This document shows, one piece after another, positions 28,545-38,592 of a DNA stretch of 64,000 nt; the first letter of the stretch is position 1; each line of letters starts with the position of its first letter. The DNA is from Candidatus Kapaibacterium sp. Its GTDB lineage: Bacteria > Bacteroidota > Ignavibacteria > Kapaibacteriales > UBA2268. Position numbers and translations under genes: made by a program. Where the stretch lies: assembly GCA_963664875.1 (NCBI GenBank), contig OY761611.1:2464001-2528000 (forward strand), written 5' to 3'. Below the pieces are notes generated by a model that saw only the letters and a list, made by a program, of their open reading frames with translations, did no database searches and was not told where the DNA came from.

Positions 28545-30881
28545 TTATTTTTCAACAACAACAGAGATCTGCTGTACAGCAGAGTTGTCAGCTTTGATAA
28601 CAAGGAAGTATTTGCCGGCTGCTAAAGCAGTAACGTCAAATTTTAAAGTATTGTTACCTGAAACGATATTAGCACTGCCTAAGTTTGCAACAGTTTTACC
28701 ACTGATGTCAGCCAAAGTATATTCAACAGCTAATACATTATTGCCTGTATAGTTGAAATCTAAAGTAGCTGTGTTTGCAACCGGGTTAGGCATAATTTTC
28801 AAAGAAGAATTAGCAACAAATTCTTCACTCACTGAAGTGCCTTCGCCTTCGCCAAAAATAGAAAGTGTAATAGTTGGATTTTTAGAGTCATTGCTGTTGA
28901 TGATAATGTCAGAAATGTATAATTCATCAGATTTTGGAGTGAATTTTACAGTAATAGTTGATTTTTCGCCTGCAGCAACTTCAAAAGAAGAAGGAGTACC
29001 AACTATTTCAAATACACCGTCCGGATCATCAGAAACAGTCAAAGAAGAAATAGATAAAGTAGCTTGTCCGTTGTTTGCAATTTCAAATGTTTTTTCAGAA
29101 GAAGTATTAACTTGAACTTTATCGAAATCCATGTCAGAAACATTTACTGCTATTTCAGGAGTAGCACCGCCACCACTTACAACGCCGAATTCATCAGCCC
29201 AGAAAGAGTTTCCGCTTGTTCCCGGAGTCAAAGAATATTTGATCAGGATTGTTTTACCGGCATAAGCATTTAAGCTTACAACTTCTTTTACATATTCAGA
29301 AGATTTTGGAACGTAGAGAGCATCTGTACTGCCTGCAGCAGTAGATGTAGCTTTCATTGTTTTAACAACAGTCCAATTTGCACCGTCGTCTTCTGATACT
29401 TCTAATTTGATAGAAGGAGCCGTTCCTCCAAATCCGCCATCAGAATATGCATAATGATAAACAAAAGCAGGACCTTCGATAGAAGTTAAGTCAGCTTCGC
29501 CAAACATAATTTTTGCAGGTTTACCATTTAATCCCCAAGATTCATGCAGATAGAATAATAGTGCATTGCGAGTACCTTCAGCACCATACGCTGTCGAAGA
29601 GCTTGAAGCTATAGTGAAAGCATCGTTTTCAGTCATGTCAAATGCTACATTTGCAGGCATACCTGTTTCAAATCCAAATGTTTGTTCTGCAAATGCTTTT
29701 CTTGCGAATCGAATACCAGAGAATGATGAAGAGTTGTCGTTTTTAGACCAATCAACAATCAAATTACCGGTAACATCGCTATTATTGATATTGCCAAAAC
29801 CGGAAATTGAAACGCTATAGTTACCTGTGAATGTTGCATCTACCTGACCGAAGTCAACTATCGTAGATTCACCGTTTGCCAAAGTACCATTAAATGTTTT
29901 TGTAGTTTTTACTCCACCCATGTCAACTGTTAAGTCAAATTGAGTAACCGGAGTGTCGAAGTTATTTGTAACTTTCACAACAGGGTTTAGAGATTCAAAG
30001 AAATAGCCGGTAGGCAATACAGTTTGATCTTCTAAAGATAACATAACTTTATTTTCTGCAGGGATGTCAACTTTTGCACCACCGGCAGTTATAATGTTTG
30101 CCTGACCTTGAGAGATAAAAGCAACAACTTCTAAGTTCGTAATATCAAGATCGATATTAGTGATACTTTCAGGAAGAGTAACTTTATATTCTTTTTCGCC
30201 AAAAGTTCCTGAAGTGGTTTGAGTAATTTGATCGCCCCAAACAGAAGATGTAATAGCCATACGTAAAGCATGTTGGTGTCTGTAAAGACCATCTGCAGTT
30301 ACGTAATCAGGGTTATATGCAGCACCATTAGCTTGATAGCCAACGATTTCACTTTGAGTCAAAAGTACAGTAAGATTGTTTGTAGGGTTAGCTTCGTTGG
30401 CTGTATAGTAATATTCTACTTTTACTGTAAGTTCACGAGTAGCAAGATCTACATTTGCTGCTACCCCAATATTTACAGGGGAAGATTGTGAAAGAATATT
30501 GTTTGCTGTAGCTGCCCATTGGTTTCTGCTCATTGCCCAAGGAGTTGTGCTTCTGTTAACTGAACCCATAGGGTAACCTTGTATGCCTGCAGGAACTGCA
30601 AGCTGATCACCGGCAGTGGTACGCAAATCAGGATGTCCTGAGCCTGTTTGAGGAGCAGCGTAACCGCCGGTGTGAATATTCACGGCGTAGAATCTGCCTT
30701 CGTTTGCGTGTTTTAGTTCAGTAGCGATTCTATGACCATCAGGGCAATAACCGCAATAGATGCCTGTGTACTCTTCTAATACAACATTTCTATTAGAAGG
30801 TTGAGTGCTAACGATAGTTTGTGCTTCTGATACAGCCCAAAAACCGATCAATGCAGCAAACAAGAATAGAAAACGTTTCAT
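28545..30881 (-). CDS. Omp28-related thioredoxin-like secreted protein with Ig-like (ASH-type) domain and T9SS CTD
   Basis: VVLEEYTGIYCGYCPDG, GYP..SVNR, H.HALR. Ig domain I.NNG.ATL.I...FTP...SND. CTD MPNPV...AAGKYFL. Confidence 0.88.
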   Translation of the reverse strand: MKRFLFLFAALIGFWAVSEAQTIVSTQPSNRNVVLEEYTGIYCGYCPDGHRIATELKHANEGRFYAVNIHTGGYAAPQTGSGHPDLRTTAGDQLAVPAGIQGYPMGSVNRSTTPWAMSRNQWAATANNILSQSSPVNIGVAANVDLATRELTVKVEYYYTANEANPTNNLTVLLTQSEIVGYQANGAAYNPDYVTADGLYRHQHALRMAITSSVWGDQITQTTSGTFGEKEYKVTLPESITNIDLDITNLEVVAFISQGQANIITAGGAKVDIPAENKVMLSLEDQTVLPTGYFFESLNPVVKVTNNFDTPVTQFDLTVDMGGVKTTKTFNGTLANGESTIVDFGQVDATFTGNYSVSISGFGNINNSDVTGNLIVDWSKNDNSSSFSGIRFARKAFAEQTFGFETGMPANVAFDMTENDAFTIASSSSTAYGAEGTRNALLFYLHESWGLNGKPAKIMFGEADLTSIEGPAFVYHYAYSDGGFGGTAPSIKLEVSEDDGANWTVVKTMKATSTAAGSTDALYVPKSSEYVKEVVSLNAYAGKTILIKYSLTPGTSGNSFWADEFGVVSGGGATPEIAVNVSDMDFDKVQVNTSSEKTFEIANNGQATLSISSLTVSDDPDGVFEIVGTPSSFEVAAGEKSTITVKFTPKSDELYISDIIINSNDSKNPTITLSIFGEGEGTSVSEEFVANSSLKIMPNPVANTATLDFNYTGNNVLAVEYTLADISGKTVANLGSANIVSGNNTLKFDVTALAAGKYFLVIKADNSAVQQISVVVEK

Positions 30882-31270
30882 AGCTCACCTTTTGGTGTTA
30901 ATAAATAATAATATAAAAAGTGCGACTTGTCTTTTAGTATTCCTTTATAAGAGCGTTATTTTACAAAATACTAAAAAAAATCCATTTTGCAAGCTCTTAT
31001 TTCTGAAAAAATAGTAAGCAAATTCACCGAGGATGACATAAGAATCGTGTAACACTATGTATAATAAGCAAATAGAACGATGCCGAACAGTGTTGGAATA
31101 TAAAGATGATATTAGAAAATATTAATTGCTAATGAGGGATCATTTGTTAGTGCTAAGCTGCTTGGAATTAGTACAAACAAATACTAAAAAATGCTGATGA
31201 TATTTGTACAAATTTAGTTCAATAATAAACTAAAAACTCTGTGCTGCACGGGGTTGGGGGGATACTTTCC

Positions 31271-31753
31271 CTATTTAATTGGTTTTGGAATAAAATCATT
31301 GATGCTTTTATTTACAAAATCCAACGACATATTGCTTACTTGTGCAATTTTTTCTAAGGAGAGCCCTTCTGTAAATAATCTAAAGCAAAGATGTTCCATA
31401 CTTTCTCCAATTTCGACGATGTTTTGGTCAGGATCCAAAAAACGCATGACTTTTTGACGCCAAGGTTGTTCGCGGATTTTATGCACAAAAGCAACTCCGT
31501 GATCACTAAGTTTTGCTGACAAATCCTCCAAATCATCAGATTCGAAATATAACTCAAAGGCATAAGTTGACTTGCCTACTTCTCGACCTGTTAAAGTAGA
31601 AAAATGAGATGCAAGATGAAGAGCAAAACCGGATTTAAAACTTATATTTTCACCAAAATCAAATTCTATTTCCTGGCCTAATAAATCCCTATAGAAATAT
31701 AATGATTGTTGTAAATCACTGACAGCAATCAACGCACATTTATATCTAATCAT
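31271..31753 (-). CDS. VOC/glyoxalase-family protein with C-terminal HTH-like tail
   Basis: AVSDL..S..FYRDLLG, ELYFE, EQPWRQ..RFLDPDQNIVEIGE, tail GLSLEKIA. Confidence 0.88.
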   Translation of the reverse strand: MIRYKCALIAVSDLQQSLYFYRDLLGQEIEFDFGENISFKSGFALHLASHFSTLTGREVGKSTYAFELYFESDDLEDLSAKLSDHGVAFVHKIREQPWRQKVMRFLDPDQNIVEIGESMEHLCFRLFTEGLSLEKIAQVSNMSLDFVNKSINDFIPKPIK

Positions 31754-31757
31754 TTAT

Positions 31758-33215
31758 TTACTCCGATGGCTCTATAGATACCATTATAGTTTCAAATTTG
31801 AGCATATTAGAGCTGTAAAGCTGATTGATTTTGTCAAGTAATACTTGGGTAATCCGAGTGTCAGGTCTGCAGATGACCATCCCTTCTTTAGTTGATAGGG
31901 TTTGGTTCACCATCATTCCTTCTCTTAGCTCTTCTATATGGATCTCTTTTTCAATTACTTTATTTGAGTTATCGGCAAATGAAGTACCAAAGTTATCAGA
32001 GCCTTTATGCGAATCTTTCATTTGGTCTTTTATATTTTCGATATAATCAGATATGTCCCTCGTCCAATCAAAGTTATTTAAAGTCAGTTCAGAACCGTCC
32101 GGCAAGAGGTTGTCGAAGCGTCGTTTTTTTAGGAATTCCTGGAAAAGCTGGAAAACATCCAAATCATACCATTTTGCATTCCTAAAGAAGAACTTGACAG
32201 TTTCATCGTGGCGCTCTTTAGTTTCTTCAGCGGACTGAGCGATTTTTTCTGACATCATAAACTCAGGATATTTTTTGAAAGGCAACCTGTAAACTGAGTT
32301 AAAGTAAGTATTCAAAATGGTTATAATTTGAGCTTCTTTCATTATCTCTTTGCCTGATAATGCATTTGGCCAACCTGATCCGTCATTGTGTTCCCACAAC
32401 TGAGAGAGTATCTGAGTGTAAGGCTTTAGGGCTGTGATTTTCATTAGAGATTGTAAAGTAGAAGTATAATATCCAAAAAATTCTTCCTTTTCTTTTGGGT
32501 TTACCAAATCATGAGGCTCGATCAGATGATATTTTATAGGCAATTTATAACCAAGTGCCGGAAAAAGCATGGCAGCCAAAATAGTTTTTTTGATGTTTTC
32601 AGGTTTTAGCTCAAGTTCCTCAGCCATTAGTTTTATATTTTCCATAAGAGCAGTAGTTTTATTCTTAAAATAAAATCTCTTTTGAAAAGTATTAAACCCG
32701 TTGATTATCTGTATGATATTTAGAGCAGTACCGGCATCACTTTGATTAGAAGTCTGAGCCGCAGGTTTTTGATCTTTTAACTGAGCTTTTAGCTGCGTAA
32801 CCAGTTTGATGTTATTTATTTTAGATTTATAAGTATCAAATGCCACTTTTACTGTTTGAACAAGCTCCATCTCTTCTGCAGGCTTAGTTAGGTACATATA
32901 TGCCTGCCCTTCATTGATAGCTGCAATGATATCTTTCGGGTTAGAGTAGCCCGTAAGAATAATACGCGTAGCATGCGGTACAAACTTTATACTACGTTTT
33001 AGGAATTCCGAACCATTCATACCCGGCATTTTTTGATCGCTGATAATAACTCCGGGTTTGAATCCTGCTTCCAACATACTCAAAGCTTTCTCAGGATGGT
33101 CTGCGGTTTGTACATTATAATGTTTTTTAAACATTCTTTCTAATATTTTGAGTAAAGTCAATTCGTCATCGACTATCAGTAAGTTATTTTGCGGAGTATT
33201 TACAGGTTCTGGCAT
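31758..33215 (-). CDS. Response regulator with degenerate HD-GYP-like output domain
   Basis: Receiver LLIVDDE...ISDQKMPGMNG...LTGY...YLTKP. EHNDGSGWP resembles HERxDGxGYP, but the HD dyad is absent. Confidence 0.88.
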   Translation of the reverse strand: MPEPVNTPQNNLLIVDDELTLLKILERMFKKHYNVQTADHPEKALSMLEAGFKPGVIISDQKMPGMNGSEFLKRSIKFVPHATRIILTGYSNPKDIIAAINEGQAYMYLTKPAEEMELVQTVKVAFDTYKSKINNIKLVTQLKAQLKDQKPAAQTSNQSDAGTALNIIQIINGFNTFQKRFYFKNKTTALMENIKLMAEELELKPENIKKTILAAMLFPALGYKLPIKYHLIEPHDLVNPKEKEEFFGYYTSTLQSLMKITALKPYTQILSQLWEHNDGSGWPNALSGKEIMKEAQIITILNTYFNSVYRLPFKKYPEFMMSEKIAQSAEETKERHDETVKFFFRNAKWYDLDVFQLFQEFLKKRRFDNLLPDGSELTLNNFDWTRDISDYIENIKDQMKDSHKGSDNFGTSFADNSNKVIEKEIHIEELREGMMVNQTLSTKEGMVICRPDTRITQVLLDKINQLYSSNMLKFETIMVSIEPSE

Positions 33216-33339
33216 ATTATTTGACTATATTATTAACAAACATTAGATAAAGATAATCTTTTATGCTATGCAAAGATGAATAGCTTTATAAAAATATATA
33301 GACTAACATAAGTTTAAAAAAGTATAAATCGGATAAAAA

Positions 33340-34791
33340 TTGTTAAGTACTTCAAAAATATCATCTATCTTAGAAGCTAATCCAATATACGGATATTTGG
33401 GTATGGTGGTAGCTGTTTTATGCATAATTTTTGAATTTTCATTGCCTCATCAGTATAGCAATAATCTAACAAATATGCTAATATTTACACCTGCAGTCAT
33501 ATTCCCATTTATTTTGAAAAGTCGTAGCGGTTATTACATATTAATAAGTATAGCAATTGCTCATCTCTTTGCCCGGTATTTTACAGGACAGGCAATAGAA
33601 ACAATCTTATTCAACCTTTTGCCTTTCTGGATATTAGCCGTTCTGTTTTATATATTACTTTGCAAACAACTTAAGTATCGTGAAGACATAGAAAAAGAGC
33701 TTTCTCTAAGGAAAGAGTTGGAAAAAGAAGCAGTAATGGAATCGGTAATTCTTCAGGAAAAAAATTCTCTTTTGGAGCAGGAAATTCTGGAAAGAAGAAA
33801 AATTCAAAAAGAGCTGAGAACTGCAAATACGTATTATGCAAATCTTATAGATAATGCAGGGATTGCAATGGGCATAGCCGATTTGCAAGGTAATATTAGC
33901 TATGTAAATGAAATATTTGCTTCTATATACAAATTGTCAAAAGAAGAAATAATAGGTCAGCCTTTTGTGAATATGCTTCCGGACTACGAACAGGCAAAAC
34001 TATATAGATTATTTAGTGATAAAATTTCCGGAGAACAGACTCCCGGAAACTTAATAACACATATATTAGATTCCGAGGGGAACTTGATTCATGTTCAGCT
34101 CATATCCGACCTTGTATTCGAAAATGATGAGATTGCAGGTGTTAGGGCATATATATGGGATATAACTGAACAGGTATTGACCGAAAACGCCATCAGAGAA
34201 AGCGAAGAAAAGTTTAGAAGTATTTTTGAATTTTCGCCTATGGGCATATATAGAAGTTCTGTCGAAGGTAGAATTATCCTTGCGAACCCGGCACTATTGA
34301 AAATGCTTAGATATCCTGATTTAGAAACTTTAAAAGGTATTGATCTAAATCAGAAACATCCTGCACTTTATGATAGAGGTGAATTAATTGCTGAGCTTGA
34401 AGAAAATGGAAAAGTTATAGGAAAAGTTGCAGAATGGGAACGTTACGATGGTGCTATTCTCTATATCAAAGAAACCAGTTGGGTAATTCATGACGAAGAA
34501 GGGAATATCAAATATTTTGACGGCATAATTGATGATGTAACTGAGCAAGTACAGGCAGAGCAGGAAAAAGAAAGACTTATCGAACAGTTGATGAGTGCAA
34601 AAAGCGAAATACACAGGCTTAGCGGCATGTTACCTATTTGCTCAAATTGCAAAAAAATCCGCGATGATACCGGCTATTGGCATCAGCTCGAAGTTTACAT
34701 AGATGACCACTCTGATGCTCAGTTTAGTCATGGTATTTGCCCTGATTGTGCCCAATCATTATATCCCGATTATGCAGATGATGAAGATTAG
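33340..34791 (+). CDS. Membrane protein with two PAS domains and a C-terminal CxxC...CxxC zinc-ribbon-like domain (no kinase domain)
   Basis: About 4 TM helices, coiled coil, PAS/PAC ending DITE and DVTE, LPICSNCKKIRD..GYW...FSHGICPDC. Confidence 0.85.
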   Translation: MLSTSKISSILEANPIYGYLGMVVAVLCIIFEFSLPHQYSNNLTNMLIFTPAVIFPFILKSRSGYYILISIAIAHLFARYFTGQAIETILFNLLPFWILAVLFYILLCKQLKYREDIEKELSLRKELEKEAVMESVILQEKNSLLEQEILERRKIQKELRTANTYYANLIDNAGIAMGIADLQGNISYVNEIFASIYKLSKEEIIGQPFVNMLPDYEQAKLYRLFSDKISGEQTPGNLITHILDSEGNLIHVQLISDLVFENDEIAGVRAYIWDITEQVLTENAIRESEEKFRSIFEFSPMGIYRSSVEGRIILANPALLKMLRYPDLETLKGIDLNQKHPALYDRGELIAELEENGKVIGKVAEWERYDGAILYIKETSWVIHDEEGNIKYFDGIIDDVTEQVQAEQEKERLIEQLMSAKSEIHRLSGMLPICSNCKKIRDDTGYWHQLEVYIDDHSDAQFSHGICPDCAQSLYPDYADDED

Positions 34792-34821
34792 AGCAAAACA
34801 CATTCCTTTGTAGATGTCCAA

Positions 34822-35943
34822 TCAGGATAAGATATTTTTATAAACCTCATGTCCAAAATGAGCAAACTGGTCGAAATAACCCGAAAACCATTGATTAAGT
34901 TGTATGCCGGCTGCCTGAGACTTAAGTAAATCTTCCTTTGTCTCGATGCCGCCGGTTCTTATAACATGAAACTCTCGCGACAAATTCTTAGACTTCAGAT
35001 ATGTAACAGCATTAGAAGCAAGTTGAAGTGAGTTTTCTTTCAACAATCTTCCGCTTAGACCTCCACCAAATGACTTAGTGAAAAAGTCAAAGTTTTTGAA
35101 ATCCCGTTTATCCATAAGAGTTCTATAATATTCATAACGAATAGAAGTATTACCAAGATTGATTCCATCAAAGCCAAGATTGTAAAGAGCATCAATCAAA
35201 GACGGAATTTGATGTAACTCTGTATCATTTGAAAATTTTACTATTACGGGTAGATTTCGTTGCCTTTTATTTAGGAAAGCTTTGCTGACAAATTCCAATC
35301 TTTCGATAAGTTTACTGTCAAGTGCAGCCGAACTCTCATCTCCATGTTCATGTGGAACATTAGGACAGCTTTCGTTTAACTCGATAAAGCAAACACCTGC
35401 TTTGTCATAAAGTTGAAACCCATCTAAGAGACCCTGCATTGCGTCTTTTCCTGTTAGTTCCGGTGCGGAGCTAATTGAAACGCCGATTGGACAATTTTTT
35501 CTATGACCTAATTTAGCAATACGTGATGCCACTACTGCGTGTCCTTCGTTAGGCAATCCCATCCAGTTGGAAGCAGAACCCGAAAAAGTATAAGGAATGA
35601 AAGGATGCTTTATGCCGAGACTGGTATTGCCAGTTCTGGGAAGAGAAGTAGTTGTTCCTGCTAAGTATGCACCCGCTCCCTGGGCAGCCACAACTTCGTA
35701 AGCCTCGCCAAGTTTGAACATCCCAGCAGCATTAAAAATTCCGTTTCCGAAATTCAAATCCCAAAGCTTAAGATTATGAGAGTTATCAGGAATAAATGCA
35801 TTTTTGGGCACGTCTTTTGCAAATTCTGATAAAAATATCTTTCTGCCTGCTGAATAAACAGCAGAATTTAGACGAGCAGGAAACTTTGATAAAATAGGTC
35901 TGAATACCAGATCAGACTTAGCCATAAACTCTGCAAAACCCAT
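34822..35943 (-). CDS. pyrD: Dihydroorotate dehydrogenase
   Basis: NAAGMFK, PRTGN, NWMGLPN, ELNESCPN, IVKFS, GNT, GGLSG, TGGI. Confidence 0.85.
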   Translation of the reverse strand: MGFAEFMAKSDLVFRPILSKFPARLNSAVYSAGRKIFLSEFAKDVPKNAFIPDNSHNLKLWDLNFGNGIFNAAGMFKLGEAYEVVAAQGAGAYLAGTTTSLPRTGNTSLGIKHPFIPYTFSGSASNWMGLPNEGHAVVASRIAKLGHRKNCPIGVSISSAPELTGKDAMQGLLDGFQLYDKAGVCFIELNESCPNVPHEHGDESSAALDSKLIERLEFVSKAFLNKRQRNLPVIVKFSNDTELHQIPSLIDALYNLGFDGINLGNTSIRYEYYRTLMDKRDFKNFDFFTKSFGGGLSGRLLKENSLQLASNAVTYLKSKNLSREFHVIRTGGIETKEDLLKSQAAGIQLNQWFSGYFDQFAHFGHEVYKNILS

Positions 35944-35945
35944 CT

Positions 35946-37634
35946 CTATAATTCCTTTCTAAGCCGAGCTACCGGTATTTTAAGTTGTTCTCTGTATTTA
36001 GCTACAGTTCTTCGAGCTACATTGTAGCCTTTATCTTTTAAATATTTCGAGATTTTCTCATCACTTAGAGGTTTTGATTTGGACTCTTCTCCAATGATGT
36101 CAACAATTATCTGTTTAATTACTCGAGTCGAAACCTCTTCGCCTTCATCGTTTGGTAAAGATTCGCTAAAGAAAAATTTCAGTTCGTAAGTCCCAAATTC
36201 CGTTTGCACATATTTTCCGTTCACAATACGGCAAACAGTAGAAATATCCAAGCCTGTTTCTTCAGCAATGTCTTTGTAAATGAGGGGTTTAAGAGCAGAC
36301 TGACCTTCCTCAAAGAAATCTTTTTGCTTGTGAGCGATGGCAGTCATAACTTTGAGCATAGTTGCTTTTCTTTGCCTGATAGCTTGGATAAGGAACTTAG
36401 CATCTTCGTATTTATTTCTAATCCAATTTTTAGTGTCTTTATTAAACTTTTTCAGTTTAGCTTCCTTTTTTAGCTTATCATAAGCAGTGCTAAGCTGAAT
36501 TTGCGGCATAGTCGAATCGTTTACTGTTATCATAAGCTCGTTGGTCTCATCGTCTATTGCGACAATGAAATCAGGGATTACAGTATTTGTCTCTGACTGG
36601 AAAGCACCGCCACCCGGTTTCGGATTTAACCTCCTAATGACTTCCAGAGCCTCACGGAGATACTCCTCGCCGACTTCAAGATTTTTTGTGATTACACTAT
36701 AATGCTTTTTAGTAAAAGCATCATAAGCGTTTTCCAATATTTCAATAGCAAGTTTTTGAGCTGCGTTTGTTTTAGGCAAAATATATAACTGAGACAGCAA
36801 GCATTCTCTAATATCTCTGGAACCAATGCCCGGCGGATCAAGGGTTTGGATAATCCCAAGAACCTTTTCAGCTTGATTCAAATCTATGAAATCGAATCCG
36901 TCTAAAGCAATGATTTCATCTTTTTTAGCATTATTTATAAGTATGCCTGTCAATTTACTTCGAACATGATCGAGCATTTGAAGACCGGACTCAGAAACTG
37001 TGAACTGTCGGGCAGGGTTGTAATTTTCCTGCATTTCCTCAAAAATGTCGTCTATTTCACTTTCTTGAAGCTCGAGATTGAGTTCGGAAATATGATTATT
37101 TGTTTCTTCTACAATTTCCGGCAAAGCTCTTCGCAGATAACCGTCATCATCAATATTCCAGATAATGTGGGTGCCGACTATAAACTCTTCCTGAGTAATG
37201 GGCTGCAGTCTAAGCTGTTCTACCAATTCTTCGAAAAACGACTGAGTATCTCGGATTTGGAAAGGCTCCCCATCATCGTCGTCTTCAAAACTGTTGTTTT
37301 TTTGTCTTGGCGAAGCAGTGTCGTCCTCCCACAAGACTTTATAAAATTCGAATGGGTCTTTGTCATCATTGAATTGCTGTTTCAGTGCTTCGTGGCTTGT
37401 GTCGTCATCGCCCTGGAAGTCTGTCTCAGGATGTTCATGTTCGGAAAAGTCTTTGGGTTGTTCAATTTCTATATCAAAATCATTAATTTCTTCGAGCATG
37501 GGATTCAATTCAATTTCCTGCATTACCTGCTGTTCTAACTGAATGATAGGTAATTGCAAAAGCTTAAGGTACTGAATCTGTTGCGGAGTCAGCGTTTGCG
37601 AAAGTGAGGTTTTTATGTCTAACGATAGTTTCAT
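35946..37634 (-). CDS. rpoN: RNA polymerase sigma-54 factor
   Basis: LTPQQIQYLKLLQL region I, NPMLE, LDPPGIG, HTH DISTVCRIV, RpoN box ARRTVAKYRE. Confidence 0.98.
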   Translation of the reverse strand: MKLSLDIKTSLSQTLTPQQIQYLKLLQLPIIQLEQQVMQEIELNPMLEEINDFDIEIEQPKDFSEHEHPETDFQGDDDTSHEALKQQFNDDKDPFEFYKVLWEDDTASPRQKNNSFEDDDDGEPFQIRDTQSFFEELVEQLRLQPITQEEFIVGTHIIWNIDDDGYLRRALPEIVEETNNHISELNLELQESEIDDIFEEMQENYNPARQFTVSESGLQMLDHVRSKLTGILINNAKKDEIIALDGFDFIDLNQAEKVLGIIQTLDPPGIGSRDIRECLLSQLYILPKTNAAQKLAIEILENAYDAFTKKHYSVITKNLEVGEEYLREALEVIRRLNPKPGGGAFQSETNTVIPDFIVAIDDETNELMITVNDSTMPQIQLSTAYDKLKKEAKLKKFNKDTKNWIRNKYEDAKFLIQAIRQRKATMLKVMTAIAHKQKDFFEEGQSALKPLIYKDIAEETGLDISTVCRIVNGKYVQTEFGTYELKFFFSESLPNDEGEEVSTRVIKQIIVDIIGEESKSKPLSDEKISKYLKDKGYNVARRTVAKYREQLKIPVARLRKEL

Positions 37635-37791
37635 AGCACACCGTAATCAGTAGGACTTAAATTTCAGAAGCCGAAGATTCTGATTACAGGGAGAAATCAA
37701 TACAATACAAAATTAGTATCCAATTTTTTTCCCCCCGAATAAAAACCGGATAAATGAGATATCTTCAATAATTTGAAGCGAAACAGATTGT

Positions 37792-38352
37792 TTACTTGCT
37801 ATCTTCGATTGTTTCTATGAGAGCATTGTACCAATCTTCGCCATATTTTCTAATAAGTGCATCTTTTACACATTCTAAGAGCGAAATGTTTTCTTTGCTA
37901 CCTCTGTGTAAAGCAGGTTTGCATTCGGCAATTTTCTCATAATAGAGCATGGGACCGCCAAACTGACCAACACGAATAGGAAACAAATGACAAGAAATAG
38001 GCTTTCTGAATTTGGATTTTCCGTCAAAGTAAGCTTTTTCCAGAGCACAAAGAGCTTTATCTCCATCGTAATATACAAAGACGCAATCTTTATGATCTAT
38101 ACAAACTGTTGCGAGCTCATCTCCTTCGCCTTCTACAAAGCCAAATTCTTCGATATATTTTCGGGATTTTTCAGAAAGATATTCCCAAGCTGCACCGAAG
38201 CTTTCTTTGATTAGTTCTACTTCTTCTTCAAGAACAGGAGCTCCGAAATCACCTTCAAAAGTGCAACAGGCACCTTTGCAGGCATCCAAATCGCAAGCAA
38301 AATTTGCTCTGCCAATTTCTTCATCAACTAAAACACTATCTATAATAAACAT
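37792..38352 (-). CDS. DUF3109-family Cys-rich protein
   Basis: FACDL.ACKGACC..GD.GAP, CVF, CALEKAY, KPISCHLFPIR. Start reassigned to ATG at 38352 (MFIIDSVLV). Confidence 0.85.
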   Translation of the reverse strand: MFIIDSVLVDEEIGRANFACDLDACKGACCTFEGDFGAPVLEEEVELIKESFGAAWEYLSEKSRKYIEEFGFVEGEGDELATVCIDHKDCVFVYYDGDKALCALEKAYFDGKSKFRKPISCHLFPIRVGQFGGPMLYYEKIAECKPALHRGSKENISLLECVKDALIRKYGEDWYNALIETIEDSK

Positions 38353-38524
38353 ATTTAACCAAATTACAAAGAAAATTTTATGCCAAATTTTGAATTCAAT
38401 ATAAACAATATTTACGAAACTCCAAAACACAATACTCTAAATGTTTGGTAGTTAGAGAGATAGATGGCAAATAGCGGCAAGGATAAATTAAAGAATGTGC
38501 GAATTCTATATGAAATATTTTAAC

Positions 38525-38560
38525 AAAAAAAGGATGCCGGAAAAAATCCGAACACCCTTT
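38525..38560 (-). terminator. Intrinsic terminator after fibre-like gene
   Basis: AAAAAAAGGATGCCGGA ... TCCGAACACCCTTTT imperfect stem. Confidence 0.6.
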
Positions 38561-38592
38561 TGTTGTGTGTTGTCATTGAGAAATTTATGTTG

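Noticed and set aside
31142-31213. Imperfect inverted repeat and ATTTGTACAAAT palindrome between the VOC and Omp28 genes
   Set aside because: AT-rich and explainable as a weak terminator or chance; no further support.
33210-33225. TGGCATATTATTTGAC sigma-54-like site before the PAS gene
   Set aside because: The -12 box is GA rather than GC, and TGGCAT is simply the reverse complement of the regulator's start codons.
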